Shown here: piece after piece, positions 59,797 through 64,000 of the stretch | Position numbering within the stretch: the first letter of the stretch is position 1 | How the letters are laid out: each line of letters begins with the position of its first letter | Assembly (NCBI GenBank): GCA_963700285.1 | Contig: CAVOXA010000010.1 | Coordinates: forward strand, 96,001-160,000 | Reading direction: 5' to 3' | Source: an uncultured Chloroflexia bacterium | GTDB taxonomy: Bacteria; Chloroflexota; Anaerolineae; JAAYZQ01 | Length of the DNA: 64,000 nucleotides | Made by a program: the position numbers and the translations under genes | Notes under the pieces: model-generated | Database searches by the model: none | What the model was told of the DNA's origin: nothing | What the model saw: only the letters and a program-made list of their open reading frames with translations

Positions 59797-61097
59797 GATT
59801 CCAGTACCTTTCTGAGGCCCCACTGGGCCCGGCCACGAAGGCCCCACCACACGACCATCGTCTCGACCATGAATCCGAATAACAAGGCCGCTACACCCCG
59901 CGTCGCACCATAGACTCCCAGGAGCGGCAGGAGGAGCAGTGCGACCAACACGGCCACGACGCGAGCGGGTGCGCTGGGCGCCATGGCCTGGGTACGGCGC
60001 TCGAACAGCCCGATGCCATGCAGGTAGGCGCGGGCCATCACCACCAGGGGGAAGAAGGTAAAGACCACCAGCGGCATCGCCGCGGCTGCCGCCAATCTGG
60101 CATCGACGCCGAGCAGCGTGCTCAGGATAAAATCCCGGACGGGTGTCCAGAATAGCAGAATCATGACGCCAAAGGACAGCAGCCCGCACCCGAGCGCAAA
60201 GCGGCGGATGTGTGCCAGACTGTTTTCCCTGTCCTGGAATGCAGCCGGCAGGTTCCGGATCTCATTCAGCCAGCCGTAGGGCAGGAGGCCCAGGGCATAG
60301 GTGATGGTCAACACAGCCAGCGCCTCGGTCCCGCCCGGTTCTCTGGCCACAAAGAGGTTGATGAGCGGCCGGCTCAAGCCCTGGATGGCCATGATCAGAG
60401 CCAGGGGCCAGAAAAAGCGGATGATGTAGGAAAACGAAAGGTCAGACCCTGGCTCCCGCAGCAAGTGATCTGCATTACGCCAGTTTCCCCAAATGACAAC
60501 AGCCAGCTCGGCGAGCGCGCCGGCATAGATAACCAAAATGGGCAAGCGGATTGGATCGGTCTGTACAAAGGCGGTTGGCAGCAGGGCGAACACAGCCAGC
60601 GTACTGGCACCCATGCTGACAAGCATGGCCAGGCTGACCACACCGGTCCGGCGGATGCGGAGCAGCAATCCTGAATGGTACCAGGCCAACCCCCTGAGCA
60701 AGGGGAGGGGAATCAGCCAGAGGATCACCGTCCGAGCTGCAGCGCCCAGGCTCCGGCTGACACCGTGCAGGTCCTCGATCACCCAATTCCCCAACGGTGT
60801 CAGCACCAGGCTGGCCAGGATGGCCCCCAGCAGCAGCCCGAAGAGCAGGACAAACCAATGTACCCGTTTGAAGGCCTGCCGGCCGTCGACCAGCACCAGG
60901 CCCAGTTGCCTGGTCTGCAGCATGGTCGTCGTCAAAAAGCTCACCAGGAACCAGGCCAGGCCAAAACTGGCCAGGGTCTCTGTCGCTCTTGGCAAACGGG
61001 CCATGCCGCCGTTCAGTACCTGCGTGCCCAACTCCTGCACCACTGTCATCAGGACCAGGGGCAGGAGAAAACGAATGAGTTCGATATATATCATCAT
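59793..61097 (-). CDS. ANKH-like multipass transporter (MATE/MOP fold)
   Basis: Multiple hydrophobic helices; blocks [22 protein letters not shown]...[29 protein letters not shown].GAT match recalled animal ANKH. Confidence 0.85.
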   Translation of the reverse strand: [434 protein letters not shown]

Positions 61098-61124
61098 GCC
61101 GCCAGTGCGCGCATTGTAGCACAC

Positions 61125-61454
61125 TCACAACTGTTCGACAAAGCGAGAACCTGCGACATCCACTGACGCGCTCTCTGATGAGATTTGGATCGGGATCGTC
61201 GGTACACTCGGATGGGCGGAGAGAAAGGGGACCAGTACTGACTCGGGCTGCTGCCCGGTTTGGTTCCGGTCGTCCGTCATGACGCCAAAGCTCAGCAGAA
61301 AATCCAACATCTCTTGCAGGTCGAGGAACATGGCGCTCTTGCCGCTCTGCACATGGTCAATCTGGCCACGCCAACGCGGTCCGGCGACGGACCATTCCCA
61401 CCAGAAGCGCACGACAAAGGTACTGGCCGGTACGACAGAAAGGGGCGCTTCCAT
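61125..61454 (-). CDS. Small hypothetical protein
   Basis: TFVVRFW...WRGQIDHVQSG...F.DL..ML.FL, a motif recalled beside STAND/SARP regulator loci. Confidence 0.72.
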   Translation of the reverse strand: MEAPLSVVPASTFVVRFWWEWSVAGPRWRGQIDHVQSGKSAMFLDLQEMLDFLLSFGVMTDDRNQTGQQPESVLVPFLSAHPSVPTIPIQISSESASVDVAGSRFVEQL

Positions 61455-61485
61455 GTCGAGCCAGATCCAGCCCTTTCACGGGTAG

Positions 61486-61512
61486 AGGGTCGGGAACGTG
61501 GTTCCCGACCCT
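61486..61512. terminator. 12-bp perfect hairpin
   Basis: AGGGTCGGGAAC-GTG-GTTCCCGACCCT between two minus-strand genes. Confidence 0.5.
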
Positions 61513-61539
61513 GTCATCCTTCTACACGAGGCTGTGCTG

Positions 61540-62229
61540 TCACGGAGCCTGGGTAGAAACCTGCCGTAGCAAGATGGTTAGGGCCAGCACACACAAACCA
61601 GCCAGCCCAATCCAAAGCGGCAGCAGCCCCTCCAGCGCGGTCCCGCCTGTCTCTGGCACCGTGGGCGGCGCCGCTGCGACCTCAAAGTTCACGACAAGCT
61701 CGTACGTTCCGGCAGGCGTGACATGAAAGCCGTCGTCGATTTGCTCGCTGACGTCCAGCAGGCTGCGCAGCGTATGCGCGCCAGCCGTTGGGCCGACGAG
61801 TACGACGTCCCAACTGCGGAGCTTGGTGATCACCTCTTCGTCCGTACCGTGACCGGGCAGGCCCGTTTGAGGCAGATCACCATCGTAGGTACCGAATGCC
61901 TCCAGATCCACCAACTGACCGTCGAGATACAGGCTCCAGGTCATTGCCTCCCAGTTTGAGTCACGGAGATCCTCGTCGGCCGAAAACCAGCCGTGCCCGA
62001 TGGCCAGCTCCGGAAGGGGTGGGACGCTGCACTCCGTCGTCGTGACTCCAGGGTTGACAAAGGCAGGAGAGCAGAAAGCCCAGATCGGCGGGCCATCCGA
62101 GCCACCAGCCCTCAAGACCATCCCGCCGATGCTGTCACCGGGCTGAAAGTCCTCCTGGGCCTGGAGCGTTCCGGGCATGACGAGGAATGCGAACACAAGC
62201 ACAATTGTTGCCATCAGACCTGTTTTCAT
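61540..62229 (-). CDS. Secreted protein with sortase-type sorting signal
   Basis: Signal peptide (...TLQA/QE), C-terminal VPETGG + TM + basic residue; AGGAGG RBS. Confidence 0.85.
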   Translation of the reverse strand: MKTGLMATIVLVFAFLVMPGTLQAQEDFQPGDSIGGMVLRAGGSDGPPIWAFCSPAFVNPGVTTTECSVPPLPELAIGHGWFSADEDLRDSNWEAMTWSLYLDGQLVDLEAFGTYDGDLPQTGLPGHGTDEEVITKLRSWDVVLVGPTAGAHTLRSLLDVSEQIDDGFHVTPAGTYELVVNFEVAAAPPTVPETGGTALEGLLPLWIGLAGLCVLALTILLRQVSTQAP

Positions 62230-62364
62230 TTTGACCTCCTGATTCTGCAGAATGGCGGTCTGTTGTTCATCCAGTGAAAACGGCAGCGATCTGGAACTAC
62301 CAGGTTCCTGTGACCGCCACGAATGCGCCCTGCCTCTATTGGCTGGATCTTGTTCTCAATAGGT

Positions 62365-62407
62365 AGCATACCACGAGGCAGTCAAGAAAGCATCAAATTT
62401 CCATCAA
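62365..62407 (-). promoter_or_regulatory. SARP-geometry operator/promoter
   Basis: Heptamers TTGATGG, TTGATGC, TTGACTG at 11-bp period, the last 8 bp upstream of a TATGCT -10. Confidence 0.6.
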
Positions 62408-62440
62408 AAAGCCCCACCTTCCTCAGAAAGGTGGGGGCTT
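62406..62440 (-). terminator. Intrinsic terminator
   Basis: GCCCCCACCTT/AAGGTGGGGC stem followed by T5 on the minus strand. Confidence 0.7.
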
Positions 62441-62487
62441 GCTGCCTCCAACGAGCAGGTAGGAGGCAACACAGGTAGGGCCGCACG

Positions 62488-64000
62488 CTAATGCGGTTCG
62501 ATGACGACATCCTTCCAGGGCGGCGTAGCCATGGTCGATATTGAATACCTGCTCACCCACGGTTTGACCAGGCGGTGGATCGACACGTAGGTGAGGGGCA
62601 AGATCCTCACCTCCTCTATCAGATTCTTTTCCGCTTGCCCATAGAGCCTCATTCTCTCCGGTTGGTCCGTGACCCGCCTAGCCGCTTCTATCAGCCTCTC
62701 GCAGCTTCTGTCCCCCCACCCAATGCACCAAGGAATCGTACTCGTCCTCAAAAAACTGTCGGGATCGGGGTAATCGGCGAGCCACCCCGCGGCGAGCATT
62801 TGTGGCGGGTCGCCGAGCATCCAGCCCCACCAGGTCTCCCCTTCTACGACTTGCCAGGAGAGCTCTACGCCCAGGAGCTCCTTCCATCGCGCCTGCAGGT
62901 ACTGGAGATGGGGAAGAAGGCCGGGCAATCCCATGGCCTCAACAGCGGGGAAGCCACGACCTCCAGGAAAGCCAGCCTCAGCCAAGAGGTCACCCGCCCG
63001 GTCGGGACGGTACGGCAGACCGATCCCAAACGAGTGGCCTGGCATTCCCGGCGGCACGAATCCACCCGTGGCGGGCAGATCGTAACCCCTCAGGATCACG
63101 TCGGCCAGGGTCTCCTTTTCTGTGGCCAGGGCGAAGGCTCGGCGCACCCGCACGTCATCGAAAGGCGGTCGCCTCACGTCAAAGCCGACATAGCTCGTGC
63201 TGAGCCTTGGTACCCGGACATATTCCCTGGGATGGGCCCGGCGTGCGGCGTCCATCTCCGCTGGAGAAAGACGGGCAAGGTTCAGGATGTCCAGTTGGTC
63301 AGCCTCATACCTCTCCAGTGCGGCAGACGTCTCCATCTCGAGCAACAGGGTCAGTTCCACCCGCTGTACATTGCCCCCAAAGCGGCCATGATATGCTGGA
63401 TGCCGCGAGAGGATGATCCTCTCGCCTGGATGCCAGGACTCCAGTCGGAAGGGTCCATTGGTGACAGTATTCCCCTCCTCGGTCCAGGCTTTGCCCAGCC
63501 TCTCCACGACATGCCGGGGTACAGGCAGGGTGACAGGGTTGGCCAACAGGTAGAGAAAGTAGCCCGTTGGCCCCTCCAACTCTACTTCCAGGGTGCTGTT
63601 ATCGAGAGCCCGTACCCCCACCCGATCTGGATCGGAAGCCTCACCGCGATGGAAGGGTTGGGCTCCTTTCACGTCATAAAGCAGGTTGGCCACCGTCGAC
63701 CCGGTGGCCGGGTCCAAGGCGCGCTTCCAGGCGTATTCAAAATCGCGCGCGGTCACCGGGACGCCATCGCTCCATCGCACGTCGTCCCGGAGATTGAAGA
63801 TGTATCTACAGCCCCCGTCAAGGACTTTCCAGGTCCGGGCCACATCAGGCAAGACGTCCATCTCTGGGCTCAGCGTCACCAGCCCGCTAAAGAGTTGCTG
63901 GACCAGCTCAATGGAGCCCTGCGCATCGGCAAATGCCGGATCCAGGCGCGTCGCCGCGTCTGTCCAATGCGTCCTAAGGGCATGGGGCGCTGGGGTGAGC
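62488..64000 (-). CDS. Family-5 (OppA-like) solute-binding domain; ORF open beyond window edge
   Basis: LDPA...LFSGL, WSDG.PVTA.DF, NGPF.L..W, PPFDD.RVRRA, W.ADYPDP; frame open to 64000 (LTPAPHALR...). Confidence 0.9.
   Translation of the reverse strand, partial: LTPAPHALRTHWTDAATRLDPAFADAQGSIELVQQLFSGLVTLSPEMDVLPDVARTWKVLDGGCRYIFNLRDDVRWSDGVPVTARDFEYAWKRALDPATGSTVANLLYDVKGAQPFHRGEASDPDRVGVRALDNSTLEVELEGPTGYFLYLLANPVTLPVPRHVVERLGKAWTEEGNTVTNGPFRLESWHPGERIILSRHPAYHGRFGGNVQRVELTLLLEMETSAALERYEADQLDILNLARLSPAEMDAARRAHPREYVRVPRLSTSYVGFDVRRPPFDDVRVRRAFALATEKETLADVILRGYDLPATGGFVPPGMPGHSFGIGLPYRPDRAGDLLAEAGFPGGRGFPAVEAMGLPGLLPHLQYLQARWKELLGVELSWQVVEGETWWGWMLGDPPQMLAAGWLADYPDPDSFLRTSTIPWCIGWGDRSCERLIEAARRVTDQPERMRLYGQAEKNLIEEVRILPLTYVSIHRLVKPWVSRYSISTMATPPWKDVVIEPH

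Noticed and set aside
58700-61097. Functional link between the PPi-releasing HD hydrolase and the ANKH-like exporter
   Set aside because: They are separated by a remnant gene and about 250 bp containing a separate -10 element; only proximity supports a link
61494-61504. LexA box (GAAC-N4-GTTC)
   Set aside because: The spacer is 3 nt and the site is the top of a longer 12-bp hairpin

Overview
GC-rich bacterial chromosome segment, most likely Chloroflexota (Anaerolineae-like). The taxonomic call is inferred from PT-rich lipoprotein linkers, a YLPLV motif, an LPxTG-like sorting signal and the absence of outer-membrane proteins. Housekeeping genes include fabH, rplI, dcd, panBEC, dnaX-ybaB-recR, upp and gatCA. 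Metal and redox loci include a two-component system with msrPQ, an ArsR/SmtB repressor with a P1B ATPase, and two tandem DmsA-like molybdoenzymes. No rRNA, tRNA, CRISPR array or transposase was seen. Many single-base frameshifts, concentrated at about 50-55.4 kb and hitting essential gatA/gatC, look like long-read consensus errors. Best candidates for new biology: (1) a DoxD-radical SAM-DoxD-(yeeE/yeeD remnant)-glycosyltransferase locus whose radical SAM ends T-UGA-G-stop followed by a SECIS-like hairpin, so probably an unannotated selenoprotein; (2) a Hrq1/MrfA-type DUF1998 helicase with an intact HNH nuclease inserted in it; (3) a transporter strikingly similar to animal ANKH; (4) two coupled proteins built almost entirely of CxxC knuckles (32 in total); (5) a solute-binding domain with no visible signal peptide next to a SARP-geometry operator. 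All family assignments come from motif recognition and memory, not database searches.
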